From: Malacoraja senta | Lineage: Eukaryota | Assembly (NCBI GenBank): GCA_038087875.1 | Contig: CM075989.1 | Coordinates: forward strand, 2,108,001-2,172,000 | Reading direction: 5' to 3' | Length of the DNA: 64,000 bases | The notes under the pieces: model-generated | The model's input: the letters and a program-made list of their open reading frames with translations, nothing else | What the model was told of the DNA's origin: nothing | Database searches by the model: none | Part shown: in pieces, positions 52,451-64,000 of the stretch | Layout of the letters: each line of letters starts with the position of its first letter | How positions within the stretch are numbered: the first letter of the stretch is position 1 | Program-made: the position numbers and the translations under genes

Positions 52451-52649
52451 CTGTTGCAACGCTGCTTGTCCTTCCAACTTGTTCCTGCTTCCATCAGCAT
52501 CCAGCTCCATATCCCACTCTATGTGTGGCCTGCATGGAGCATCACATGCCCTGATGCTGTCCTCCTTGTTCAGTGCTGTCAAGGATTGTGTTTATCAGCG
52601 ACCATTTATAAAACACCTTGAACTGTGGAAATGTCTCACGCTGCCCTTA

Positions 52650-52968
52650 GAGTCAGAGAGTGATACAGCATGGAAACAGGCCCTTTGATCCAACTTACCC
52701 ACACCGGCCAACATGTCCCAGCTACACTAGTCCCACCTGCCTGTGTTTGGTCCATATCCCTCCAAACCTGTCCCATCCATGTACCTGTCTAACTGTTTCT
52801 TAAGTGATGCAATAGTCCCAGCCTCAACTACCTCTCCGGCAGCTCGTTCCATACACCCACCACCTTTAGTGTGAAAATGTTAGCCCTCAGATTCCTATTA
52901 AACCTTTCCCCCCTCACCTTAAACCAATGCACTCTGTTTCTCGATTCCCCTACTCTGGGCAAGAGATG
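52650..52968 (-). mobile_element. CR1 3' fragment
   Basis: gagtgatacagcatggaaacaggccc...tactctgggcaagag. Confidence 0.85.
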
Positions 52969-53144
52969 CTTTTTCAAGTTATAAAGATGGAAGTGATAAC
53001 CGGTTTGAAAGGCTGAGACACTGAAGGATTTTTAACTGGGATTGAAGGAACACACATGGTTCTTTGGATCTGTGAATATTCAAGTTTCTACGAGAGCGGG
53101 CCTGGAACAGCTCCTGTGGTACACACTTCACCGTGCAGAGTATC

Positions 53145-53165
53145 TCTCACACACACACACACACA

Positions 53166-53197
<32 letters not shown>

Positions 53198-53201
53198 CGC
53201 A

Positions 53202-53233
<32 letters not shown>

Positions 53234-53237
53234 CGCA

Positions 53238-53268
<31 letters not shown>

Positions 53269-53303
53269 GCACGCACGCACGCACGCACGCGCACACACAC
53301 GCA

Positions 53304-53334
<31 letters not shown>

Positions 53335-53531
53335 GCACGCACACCCACACGCACGCACACACACACACGCACGCACACACACGCACACACACACACGCAC
53401 ACACACACACGCACACACACACACGCACGCACACACCCACACGCACGCACACACACACACGCACGCACGCACGCACGCACGCACGCGCACACACGCAATC
53501 ACACACATGCACACACACGCACACACACACG

Positions 53532-53573
<42 letters not shown>

Positions 53574-53575
53574 AT

Positions 53576-53642
<67 letters not shown>

Positions 53643-53675
53643 CGCAAACACACACGCACACACGCACACACGCAA

Positions 53676-53767
<92 letters not shown>

Positions 53768-53769
53768 GC
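53145..53769. repeat. Long compound (CA)n/(CACG)n microsatellite
   Basis: Directly visible. Confidence 0.98.
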
Positions 53770-54320
53770 AGGTAGTGTGCAGACTGCGCTCATGTGAACC
53801 AGTGCATTGTCTTCAGACAATCAAGAAACATCTCCCCTCTTTCCTCCCCTCTATGTCCCACCTGGGTGCACACCCCTTTCTCCCACAATCCCATTCCCCA
53901 TTCCCTCTTCCCTGTTCCCTTCCCTCCCGCTGGCTCCATACTTATTCTCTCCGTCCCCCCTTACCCCACTGCCTTTTGTCTTTTCATCCCTTGCCTTTGT
54001 CCACCCATCTGCCAATCAAACCCTACTCACCTGTATCCACCTATCACTCAAGAAAGACATAAAATGCAGGAGTAACTCAGCGGGTCGGGCAGCATCTCTG
54101 GAGAAAAGAAATAGGTGATGTTTCGGGTCGAGACCCTTCTTCATTGTATTCCTCTGTCGTTCATATCTCTAGTTTCACTCTCCCATGACTCTCAGCCTGA
54201 AGAAGAGTCTTGACCCAAAACGTCACCTAATCCTTTTCTCCAGAGATGCTGCCTGTCCCTCTGAGTTACTCCAGCATTTTGTGTCTGTCTTCAGTGTAAA
54301 CCAGCATCTGCAGTTCCTTC

Positions 54321-55020
54321 AGGGCCTGCCCCACGGCAGGCGATTCCATGCGGTAAGTGCGACCTAACCGGAAGCGGGGGCCGCGCGGAGGCCGAGTGAT
54401 CACCGTACGGCCTGTCCCATGGGCATGCGATTCCATGCGGCGAGCGCAACCTAACTGGAAGCGGGGAGTGCGCGGACGTTCAGTTCGAGCGAAGTCCGTT
54501 GGAAGCTCGAGCGGTTTTTATGTAGGTGAACACGGGTAGGTGATGTTTCGGTTTTTATGTAGGTGAACACGGGTAGGTGATGTTTCGGGTCGAGACCCTT
54601 CCTCAGACCATAGAAGACTGCAGAAGACTTCAGTCCGAAGAAGGTGTCTCGACCCGAAACACCACCTGTCCACAGAAGCTGCCTGATCTACTGAGTTACT
54701 CCAGCATGTTTGGTGTGTCCATCATCGGTGTAAATGGGCATCTGCAGTTCCTTCCTTAACAACAATTCCAGAGTTGACGGAGACGGTGCACGCGGTGTCG
54801 AGGCGGTGCGTGCAGCCTCGATGCGGCAGCGGGCAGGCAGGCCGTTGCCGCGCGGAATTTTTGAACAGTGTCGGTTTTTCGGAGCCCCGCGCGGTGTCGG
54901 GACCAACTCCATACGGCTCCGGCGATCTACGTGGGACCGACCCCGCGAACTCCGCGCGGCCCCCGCTTACTGTTAGGTCGCGCTTGCCGCATGGAATCGC
55001 CTGCCCATGGGACAGGCCCC
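54321..55020. mobile_element. Rearranged Harbinger-type MITE (family B) with a duplicated left end and an internal Penelope pLTR
   Basis: Left TIR at 54321 and again at about 54409; right TIR gggacaggcccc at 55009-55020; body homologous to 6195-6544. Confidence 0.75.
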
Positions 55021-55477
55021 ACCTATCACTTGTCCTGCTCCCACCTCTTCTCCATCTTTCTCCCCCACTACTACAGTCTGAAGAAAGGTCCTGACCCAAA
55101 ACATTGGCCAGTCACGTTCTCCACAGATGCTGCCCGACCTGCCGAGTTACTCCAGCACTTGGTGTTGTTTTTTTGTAAACCAGCATCTGCAGTTCCTTGT
55201 GTCTAGACTGTATTTTGAAATACAGTTTCTGACACCATACATCCTTCTCTCATCCACACTTTCTATCAACTTGACTCACTCAATCACACATACACTTGTT
55301 CTGTAAGAAAGAAGCCAGGTGCCAGGCAATTTTCATCTCTTATTCCCCTGAATTTATACTTAGCTCTCTGCCCAGTTCCACCAATTTAGCAGCAGCCACC
55401 TTTCTCAGTTTATTACCGCTGATACCAGCCATTCTTTCCTCATGTTGATGTGTAATTGGCACATCAACATGAGCTAT

Positions 55478-56085
55478 TGTGTATAGGAATTGGGAGGCCA
55501 TGTTGCAGTTATATAGGGCATTGATGAGACCGCATTTAGAGTATTGTGTTCAGTTCTGGGCACCATGTTTTGGAAAGGTATTGTCAAGTTGGAAAGGGTG
55601 CAGAGAAGATTTACAAGGATGTTATCAGGACTCGAGGGCCAGAGCTATAGGGAGAGGTTGAGAAGGCTGGGACTCTATTCCCTGGAGCACTGGACGATGA
55701 GGGGTGATTTTATAGAGGTGTATACAATCATGAGAGGAATAGATCGGGTGGATGCACAGAGTCTCTTGCCCAGAGTAGAGGAATCAAGAATTATAGGTTT
55801 AAGGTGAAGGGGGAAAGATTTAATAGGAATCTGAGGGGTAAGGTTTTCACACAAAGTGTGATGGGTGTATGGCACGAGCTGCCAGAGGAGGTACAGTAGT
55901 TAAGGCTGGGACTATTGCAACATTTAAGAAGCAATTAGACAGGTACCTGGATAGGACAGGTTTAGAGGGATATGGTCCAAACGCAGGCGGGTGGGACTAG
56001 TGTAGCTGGGACATGTTGGCCGGTGTGGGCAAGTTGGGCCGAAGGGCCGAAGGGCCTGTTTCCAAACTGTATCACTCTATGACTC
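55478..56085 (+). mobile_element. CR1 3' fragment
   Basis: [42 protein letters not shown]. Confidence 0.92.
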
Positions 56086-57496
56086 TTCAGGAGTGTGACT
56101 GGAAGGATTCATGATCCTGGTGGCTTACTGATTGCTCTGCGACTCTGTGTTAGTCCACTGCCAACAGGCAGGTTGAGTGCACTGTGGAACAGTGGATGTG
56201 AGCCCAGTGCCCAGTGTCGATCACACTGAAGCTGGGCACACAAACACTTGTCGAGTCTGAATGAATGTCGGTATCTCGATGGTTCGTCTGAAAATCTTGT
56301 TGGGGGGGGGAGAAGCACATTAGTGGAATATGCTAATTGGACATCATTTTTATATTTAAATTAGCTTAATTAGTAAATTGCCTATCTGCTGTAACTGCAA
56401 ACACCATTAGGGATTAGAATTTGTTAACAGGGTATGTTAATTTTATCTCATATGCATATATAGATTACGCCTGATTATAATATTGTTCTGGCATGGCAAG
56501 TGGCTGTTACCATGGTAATCACACACTGAAGCTGAGGATATATTGGATGAGGAAAGGCCTATCAGAGCCAATGAGTTTGGAGTGAGCCCATCATCTCTCT
56601 AACACATAACCATTACCAGGCACTTGTGATGGGCTCTTGAGGCCATTTCTAAGGGTCATTTCAATGTCCTTCACTGGCAACTTACTCCAGAAGATCTGGA
56701 CCATCTCCAACACGTTGGTTATGCAAATGATTGCCCAGACATTGCTGCATAGGAAGGAACTGCAGATGCTAGTTTCAACCGGAGGTAGACACAAAATGCT
56801 GGAGTAACTCAGTGGGCCAGACAGCAACTCTGGAGAGAACGAATGGGTGACATTTCGGGTCGAGGCCCTTCTTCAGACTAGAGTCAGTGGAAAGGGAAAT
56901 GAGAGATATAGATGATGTATAGAGATATAGAACAAATGTATGAAAGATATGCACAAAAGCATGCTCTGTTTAAACTGAAGATAGACACAAAAAGCTGGAG
57001 TAACTCAGTGGGTCAGACAGCATCTCTGGAGGTGGACGTTTCGGGTCGAGACCCTAAGCGGATCTCGGAACGGGTCTGAGGAAGGGTCTCGACCTGACTT
57101 TGCTTCCTAGTTTGCAATTTAAAGGATTGAATTCAGAGACACCAATTTACCCAGATCAGCTTTGCCAATTTCCATCATCATCTTTATCCTCTTAAACTGA
57201 AAAACAACAGGGTTTCCTGCACATTAATGACCAATTCCCCGCTCAACACAAATCACGTACAACTTCGACAATTACAGCCAGCGGTAGCCGTCAAGGAGGT
57301 TTCACAGCTACTGGGAATGAAGTGCAGCTCAGGAGTGAATGATGGCCACTGGGGTAGATATCATCTCCTCCCTCAGGCAGTGTGTTCCGGTAATGAGTGA
57401 GCTTCTGCTGAGCTCAAGGTGTTGGGGAGGAATTGTGTTGGGCCCTGAGATTCACCAGTTACAGTAGCCTCTGAATCCAGCAAGCAAATGTCTTAA

Positions 57497-57726
57497 TGTG
57501 GAGGAAGGAACTGCAGATGCTGGTTTCAACCGAAGATAGACACAAAATGCTGGAGTAACTCAGCGGGGCAGGCAGCATCTCTGGAGAAAAGGAATGGGTG
57601 ACGTTTCAGGTCGAGACCCTTCTTCAGACTGATGAACTTTATCAGTCTGAAGAAGGGTCTCAACCCGAAACGTCATCCATTCCTTCTCTCCAAGAGATGC
57701 TGCCTGCCCCGCTGAGTTACTCAAAC
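57497..57726. mobile_element. Fold-back Penelope pLTR mini-element with two opposed hammerhead cores and a 10-bp TSD
   Basis: Centre cttcttcagactgat-gaacttt-atcagtctgaagaag; AATGTCTTAA at 57487-57496 and 57727-57736. Confidence 0.8.
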
Positions 57727-59580
57727 AATGTCTTAAGAAGGGTCTTGACCTGAAACATCATCCATTCCATCTCTCCAGAGATACTGCCTTCCCCAATGAG
57801 TTAATCAAGCTTTTTGTGTCAATCTTTGGTGTAAACCAGCATCTGAAGTTCCTTCCTACACAATGGAGTTTGCTGCCATAATCCCAATTTAGTGCAGTAA
57901 TTAATGGAGGGAATGATTTAATTCTGTCAATGGTAGATGGTGCTAACCTGCCACTTTGTGACCAAGACCTGGGTGCTCTGGTTGTTGGTCTCAGAGGTGA
58001 CTGCCATTGAATTAAACGACTACAATCAATGGTGGAGCGCTCTATAATCAAGCTGTCCAATAAAGGTGGTTCATAAATTCTTGTGAAAGGAGCAGAATTA
58101 GGCCATTCGACCCATCAAGTATCTTCACCATACAATCATGGCTGATCTATCTCTCCTTCATAACCCCATGCGCCTGCTTTTTTTCCCCATGACCCCTGAC
58201 ACCCTTACGGTGTTTTAACATAGGTGATAACTAGGGCATTCGCTTTCCCACTCGTACTGAACAGATATTTCATAACTAGGTTCCAATGAACCAGCTTAAT
58301 AGGAGAGTTCACAGCTTTTTGGGCTGATTATGACAACTAACCATGGAGAGACTGGACCAATTCATTCCCTCATCTGGAACACACGTAGGTACGTGTCAGA
58401 GGTCCCGGAGAATGGGCATTTAACCTTTCAGTGAGACAGGGTTTACGGGCAATTCATTTCCTTCTCACCACCTCCCTCACACAAAACATTAATATTTCCT
58501 CCCAGTCTGAGGAAGAATCATAGAACATTGAACAGTACAGCACAAGAACAGGCCCTTCAGCCCACAATGTCTGTGCCGAACATGATGCCAAGCCCATCAG
58601 CTATCTAACTGTACAAGAGTCCCAACCTGAAACATCACCTGTCCATTCCTTCCACAGATGCTGCCTGCAGGGCCCACTGAGTTCCTCCAGCACTTTGTGT
58701 TTTACACTCATCATTCTTGTGTCATGCTCAGTTGGGCCATTCTATCTACTTTCTAAATGTATTACCGATCCGTTCCATAGCTCCACTCTCCCCTATGACA
58801 AGGCACATTACATTTCAACCTCGTTAGAGGTAACTCCAAGAGTTGATGTGACAGAGGTCACAGCGCAGTGAAAATGTATCCAGAGAAATACTTTGAACGG
58901 AATTATCTTGCAGTACAAGACTTCTTGCAGGCATCTTGGCCACTATTTATCAATAAACTATTTCCCATGATTACATTGTTGACCATGGGAGTTGGCCAAG
59001 TGGAAATTGTCTATTATGTTTATTATATCAGAGACTCAATCCGGGAAGTATTTTGCTGCCTGTTCTGAGCCTGGAGCTGTTCTGAAAGGATTGCAAACAT
59101 CACTATATATAAGTGCAAGAGTTTTCTAATCCTCCACGGATATAATAGCACTAACTGGAGCACTGCCTCCATAAAGTACTTAAATATAAATATAGCGGCA
59201 GTCAGGAAAATAAGTTTGGAATATTTTTCTCTCATTAAAGTATAATACCGTAACTACAAAATGACAACTTTAATTCAGGGATCTGAGTAAAATTACACCA
59301 ATTGCATCTGCTGAAAGACAACACTGGGATATCATTTCCTCAAATGAAGGGTAATTATTGGGTGCAAAACATTCAGAGAGCAAGAGTGAAGTAAAACGTG
59401 GACTATTAAAGAGCTAAAATGGTGGTGTGTTATGGGGCAAGGGACCATTGGATTATTGTGTGTAGGAAGGAACTGCAGATGCTGGTTTACACCAAAGATA
59501 GATGCAAAATGCTGGAGTAACTCAGAGGGACAGGCAGCATCTCTGAAGAAAAGGAATAGGTAACGTTTCGGATCGAGACC

Positions 59581-60150
59581 CTAATGAGACCACACCTGGA
59601 GTATTGTGTGCAGTGTTGGTCCCCTAATTTGAGGAAGGACATTCTTGCTATTGAGGGAGTGCAGCGTAAGTTTACAAGGTTTATTCCCGGGATGGCGGGA
59701 CTGTCATATGCTGAGAGAATGGAGCAGCTGGGCTTGTACACTCTGGAGTTTAGAAGGATGAGAGGGCATCTTATTGAAACATAGAAGATTATTAAGGGTT
59801 TGGACACGCTAGAGGCAGGAAACATGTTCCCGATGTTGGGGAAGCCCAGAACCAGGGGCCACAGTTTAAGAATAAGGGTAAGCCATTTAGAACGGTGACG
59901 AGGAAACACTTCTTCAAACAGAGAGTTGTGAATCTGTGGAATTCTCTGCCAGGCGGTGGAGGCCAGTTCTCTGAATACTTCCAAGAGAGAGCTAGATAGG
60001 GCTCTTAAAGATAGGAGAATCAAGGGATATGGGGAGAAGGTAGGAACGGGGTACTGATTGTGGATGTTCAGCCATGATCACAGTGAATGGCGGTGCTGGC
60101 TCGAAGGGCCGAATGGCCTACTCCTGCACCTATTGTTTATTGTCTATTGT
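59581..60150 (+). mobile_element. CR1 3' fragment inserted into a Penelope pLTR
   Basis: Very similar to 45185-45760. Flanks gtttcggatcgagacc | ... | gacacttcttcagac. Confidence 0.92.
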
Positions 60151-60267
60151 GACACTTCTTCAGACCCTACTCCAGCATTTTGTGTCTATCAATGAATTAT
60201 TTTGTCTGGGTGATCTATTTGTTGGGATGTGTGTTAATTCTGGCTAAATTGGAGAGGCCAGGACACT

Positions 60268-61250
60268 AGTCAAGTCAAGTCACATTTATTTATATAGCAC
60301 ATTTAAAAAACAACTCTCGTTGGCCAAAGTGCTTTACATTTGTTATAAGAATAATATAAACAAACAAACTACATACATATATACATGTAGCCCTCGCTCA
60401 GAGGACGTCAAGAAAGGCTTGGGAGTATAGATAAGTCTTTAGTCTTGACTTAAAGGAGTCGATGGAGGGGACAGTTCTGATGGGAAAGGGGATGCTGTTC
60501 CACAGTCTAGGGGCTGCAACCGCAAAGGCGCGGTCGCCCCTGAGCTTATGCCTAGACCGTGGGGATATTCAGCAACCCCAAGTCGGCCGATCTGAGGGGC
60601 CTGGAGGTGGAGTGGTGGGTGAGAAGACTTTTTATGTAGGTGGGGGCAAGCCCATTGAGGGCTTTGTAGACATGGAGGAGGATCTTGAAGTTTATACGGA
60701 ACCGCACAGGGAGCCAGTGGAGAGAGGCCAGGATCGGGGTGATGTGGTCCCTTTTTCGGGTGCCCGTCAGGAGTCTCGCTGCGGCGTATTGGACCAGTTG
60801 CAGGCGGGACAGGGAAGATTGGCTGATGCCAGTGTAAAGGGAGTTGCAGTAATCTAGGTGGGAGGAGATGAATGTGTGGATGATCTTTTCGAGGTCATCA
60901 AACTGGAGGAATTGTTTTATTTTAGCTATCGTCCGAAGCTGAAAGAAGCTAGCTTTTACCACGGCATTGACTTCTTTGTCAAATTTCAGTGCTGAGTCAA
61001 ATATCACGCCAAGGTTTTTGACGTGATGTTTGAGTAGTGGGGTAAGGCTTCCAAGGCTGCCGGCTATCATTTTGATTGAGTCCGAGGGGCCGAGAAGGAT
61101 GACCTCAGACTTACTCTCATTTAGTTGGAGGAAGTTCTGGGCCATCCAACACTTTATATCCTTGAGGCAGCGTGTAAGATTAAGCAGATTTGATTGGTTT
61201 TGGGGCTTCAGGGGGAGATAGAGTTGTGTATCGTCTGCGTAGCAATGGAA
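60268..61250 (-). mobile_element. 5'-truncated L2 LINE with an intact ORF2 C-terminal stretch
   Basis: CYADDTQLY near 61245-61220. ORF 60552-61145: MAQNFLQLNESKSEV..VKNLGVIFD..HLDYCNSLY..LHWLPVRFRINFKIL. Tail gtgctatataaataaa(tgact)n. Confidence 0.95.
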
Positions 61251-61518
61251 TTAATTGAGTCACTAAAATTCTGTGCCTTCTGCAGAAATAGGACAAGCTG
61301 CAGAATGGTGCCACTTGATCTAGAGCCTAGATAAGAGCTGCAGGAAGACAATGGAACATCTGCAGATCCTGACAATTAGGTGCAAATTGCATGGAATGGA
61401 TTGAGTGAATGCAAACCAGACATACACATTGTACATATTGTTACACAGCTTTACTTTGCTAGATGTTGATTGGATTAAGTATTGAGCCTTGTCTGGGTTT
61501 CTTGAATATCAAGGCACA

Positions 61519-61953
61519 TGTTGCGATGTTTGTTTCCTCTTCAGAAGTTCAGTTTGAATACATTGTATTAGTTACTGTGTTATTGGGTTTGGGAAATTTC
61601 TATCATGTACTGGTTTAATCAATATCTGTTATTGGACTCTAAAGAGACCGCCCCCATGTGGTTTGGCCCCTCAAGGTTCGGGGACCTATAAAAGACCACT
61701 CCCATGAGGTCCTGTGTCGATCTTCAGGGAGAACGCTTAGGACTGCGTGACCTTCTGGAGTGTCTCACCTTCTGGAGTGTCTCTGCTTGAGCGAGGCTAA
61801 GTGGGATTGCTCAGGCCGATACGAGGATCGAACCCGCGGTGGTTAGGTATAGTAGTGGGAACTGTAATTGAGTTTTGTCAAAATAAAGTTTAGATGCGCA
61901 AGTGCTTGACTCAGTGATTTTTGACTGAAACCAGACTAGGGGGAAGCTTAGAA
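61519..61953 (+). mobile_element. Probable solo LTR
   Basis: TG-initiated segment with a GC box (ccgccc), TATAAAA at 61687-61693 and AATAAA at 61882-61887. The ends and TSD are not resolved. Confidence 0.55.
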
Positions 61954-62423
61954 CGAGCTAAAGATGAAGCAGCTGAAGAAAAGAACAAGTTGGTTCTCTC
62001 TTCCTTTGTTTCTCTTAAAAATCTCAATGTTTCAGAAGTTTTGAGGTTTGAAAAAAGCTTAAAAAGAGCTTTTCTCTCAGTCCCACTGCTAGGCATAAAG
62101 TTCCACTAGTTCCCAAATGCTGGGCAGAGAGAGCATCACCAATGCAGGATAATGGCTCTCCAGAAGTAGTCTTAGAGTAATCAATAATGTACATTTGGTT
62201 AACACAAAGAACTGCAGATACCGGTTTACAAAAAAAAAACACATAGTGCTGGAGTAACTTCGGGTCAGACAGCCTCTCGAGAAGACATGGATGGGTGATG
62301 TTTTGTGTCAGGACCCTTCTTTTGTGTCAGACCTATGTTTATCTGATCAGTGGAAGAGGCACACAGATAATTGACATCCAGATTGGCTGTGATAGTCTAA
62401 CAAGTTGGTTTAAGTTCCATCTT

Positions 62424-62780
62424 GGATAGAGTGGATGTGGAGACGATGTTTCCACCAGTGGGAGAGTCTAGGACTAGAGGTCATAGCATTAGAATTAAAG
62501 GGTGTTCTTTTAGGAAGGAGATGAGGAGAAATGTCTTTAGTCAGAGGGTGGCGAATCTGTGGAATTATTTGCCACTGAAGGCTGTGGAGGCCAAGTCAGT
62601 GGATATTTTTAAGGCAGGGATTGATAGATTCTTGATTAGTACATGTGTCAGGGGTTATGGGGAGAAGGCAGGAGAATGGGGTTAGGAGGGAGAGATCGAT
62701 CAGCCATGATTGAATGGCGGAGTAACTTTGAAGGGCCGAATGGCCTAATTCTACTCCTATCACTTATGACCTTATGACAT
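62424..62780 (+). mobile_element. CR1 3' fragment
   Basis: DRVDVETMFPPVGESRTRGHSIRIKG..WNYLP; (TTATGAC)n tail. Confidence 0.9.
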
Positions 62781-63102
62781 GATCTGTGTAATGTTTGAGA
62801 AGGATACCATCAAACATGATTTGACATTGAGCCAGATAGAAAGATGTCAGGAAATGGCAGTAGGATTTGAAGTAGATCTTATAGGAGTAGAGGGAAGCAG
62901 AGAGGTGGTTGGGGGGGGGGGGGGGGGGGGTGTATGGGAGGGTGACCTCATGTGTGAATACACATCAAATTACCTGTCAAATGCAATCAGTGCTACTAGG
63001 GTGGCCAGCACAGTAGCCAGGTTTCATGCAGCAGTGAGTTAAATGACCAGTGAGTTGCTGCTGAACATGCTGACAATGTGTAGCGAGTGTGAATGCAGAT
63101 AT

Positions 63103-63270
63103 GGGGCAGCAGTAGAGTTGCTGCCTTACAGCGCCAGAGACCTGGCTTCGATCCTGACTACAGGTGCCGTCTGTACGGAGTTTGCACGTTCTCCCCATGA
63201 CCTGCGTAGGTTTTCTCCGGGTATTCTGATTTCCTCCCACACTCCAAAGATGTACAGGTTTGTAGGTTAA
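63103..63270 (+). mobile_element. HE1/V-SINE 5' part
   Basis: tRNA head and V-domain, cut by the adjacent Penelope element. Confidence 0.85.
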
Positions 63271-63271
63271 A

Positions 63272-63885
63272 TGTTTAAGAAGGAACTGCAGATGCTGGAA
63301 AATCGAAGGTAGACAAAAGTGCTGGAGAAACTCAGCGGGTGCAGCAGCATCTATGGAGCGAAGGAAATAGGCAACGTTTCGGGCCGAAACCCTTCTTCAG
63401 ATTGATGTAGGGTGGGGGGGGGGGTCGGGAAGGAGAAAGGAAGAGGAGGAGCCAGAGGGCTGAGGGAGAGCTGAGAAGGGAAGGAGACAGTGAGGTCTAC
63501 CGGAAATTGGAGAAGTCAATGTTCATGCCGCTGGGGTATAAACTGCCCAAGCGAAACATGAGGTGCTGCTCCTCCAATTTCAGGTGGTCCTCACTCTGGC
63601 CATGGAGGAGGCCCAGGACAGAAAGGTCGGATTCGGAATGGGAGGGGGAGTTGAAGTGCTGGGCCACCGGGAGGTCAGGTTGGTTAATGCGGACCAAGCG
63701 GAGGTGTTGGGCGAAGCGATCGCCGAGCCTACGCTTGGTCTCACCGATGTAGATCAGCTGACATCTAGAGCAGCGGATGCAATAGATGAGGTTGGAGGAG
63801 ATGCAGGTGAACCTCTGTCGCACCTGGAAAGACTGCTTGGGTCCTTGAATGGAGTCAAGGGGGGAGGTAATGTGACAAGTGTAGC
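63272..63885 (-). mobile_element. Penelope-like element 3' end: GIY-YIG endonuclease plus pLTR with hammerhead core
   Basis: FTCISSNLIYCIRCSRCQLIYIGETKRRLGDRFAQH..VAQHFN..LEEQHLMFRLGSLYPSGMN; minus-strand CTGAAGAAGGGTTTCGGCCCGAAACGTTGC at 63371-63400. Confidence 0.93.
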
Positions 63886-64000
63886 TTTACCCCCCCCCCT
63901 TGAAGAAATGCTGCACATGTCGCTCAGATGCTGCCGCACCCGCTGAGTTTCTCCAGCACCTGTTGTCTAACGTCTATTGTCTATTGACGTGGACTCGGTG

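Noticed and set aside
53042..54062. Long His/Thr and Cys/Val ORFs
   Set aside because: Translation of the (CA)n/(CACG)n microsatellite.
56591..56750. Host exon on the minus strand
   Set aside because: No splice sites; possibly a decayed Tx1/L1 C-terminus, but too degenerate to call.

Overview
Eukaryotic, non-coding-dominated genomic DNA from a cartilaginous fish, most likely a skate or ray. This is an inference from the many HE1/V-SINE-type tRNA SINEs with CR1-derived (TAAAC)n tails, together with CR1, Rex1, L2, L1 and Penelope retroelements. I found no recognisable host protein-coding gene, so the window looks like a large intron or intergenic region. Every ORF that resembles a real protein is a retroelement fragment: CR1 ORF2 at 41.3-43.4 kb, L1 ORF2 at 45.8-47.6 kb, L2 ORF2 at 60.5-61.2 kb and a Penelope GIY-YIG domain at 63.5-63.8 kb. 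The most notable structures are: (1) numerous Penelope pseudo-LTR copies with a minimal hammerhead-ribozyme core, several forming fold-back mini-elements with 10-15 bp TSDs; (2) PIF/Harbinger-type MITEs, two of them inserted at the same TTA of the SINE; (3) a 1 kb TIR element with a 7-bp TSD; (4) a GC-rich non-autonomous retroposon family with a Rex1-like tail; (5) a bipartite RTE-like element; (6) a 1.4 kb GAGCT/GGGCT repeat resembling an Ig switch region; (7) a probable solo LTR; (8) TE-free islands carrying Sox-dimer and RFX motifs. Family names come from recognising sequence and peptide motifs, not from database searches. Boundaries are approximate unless a TSD is given.
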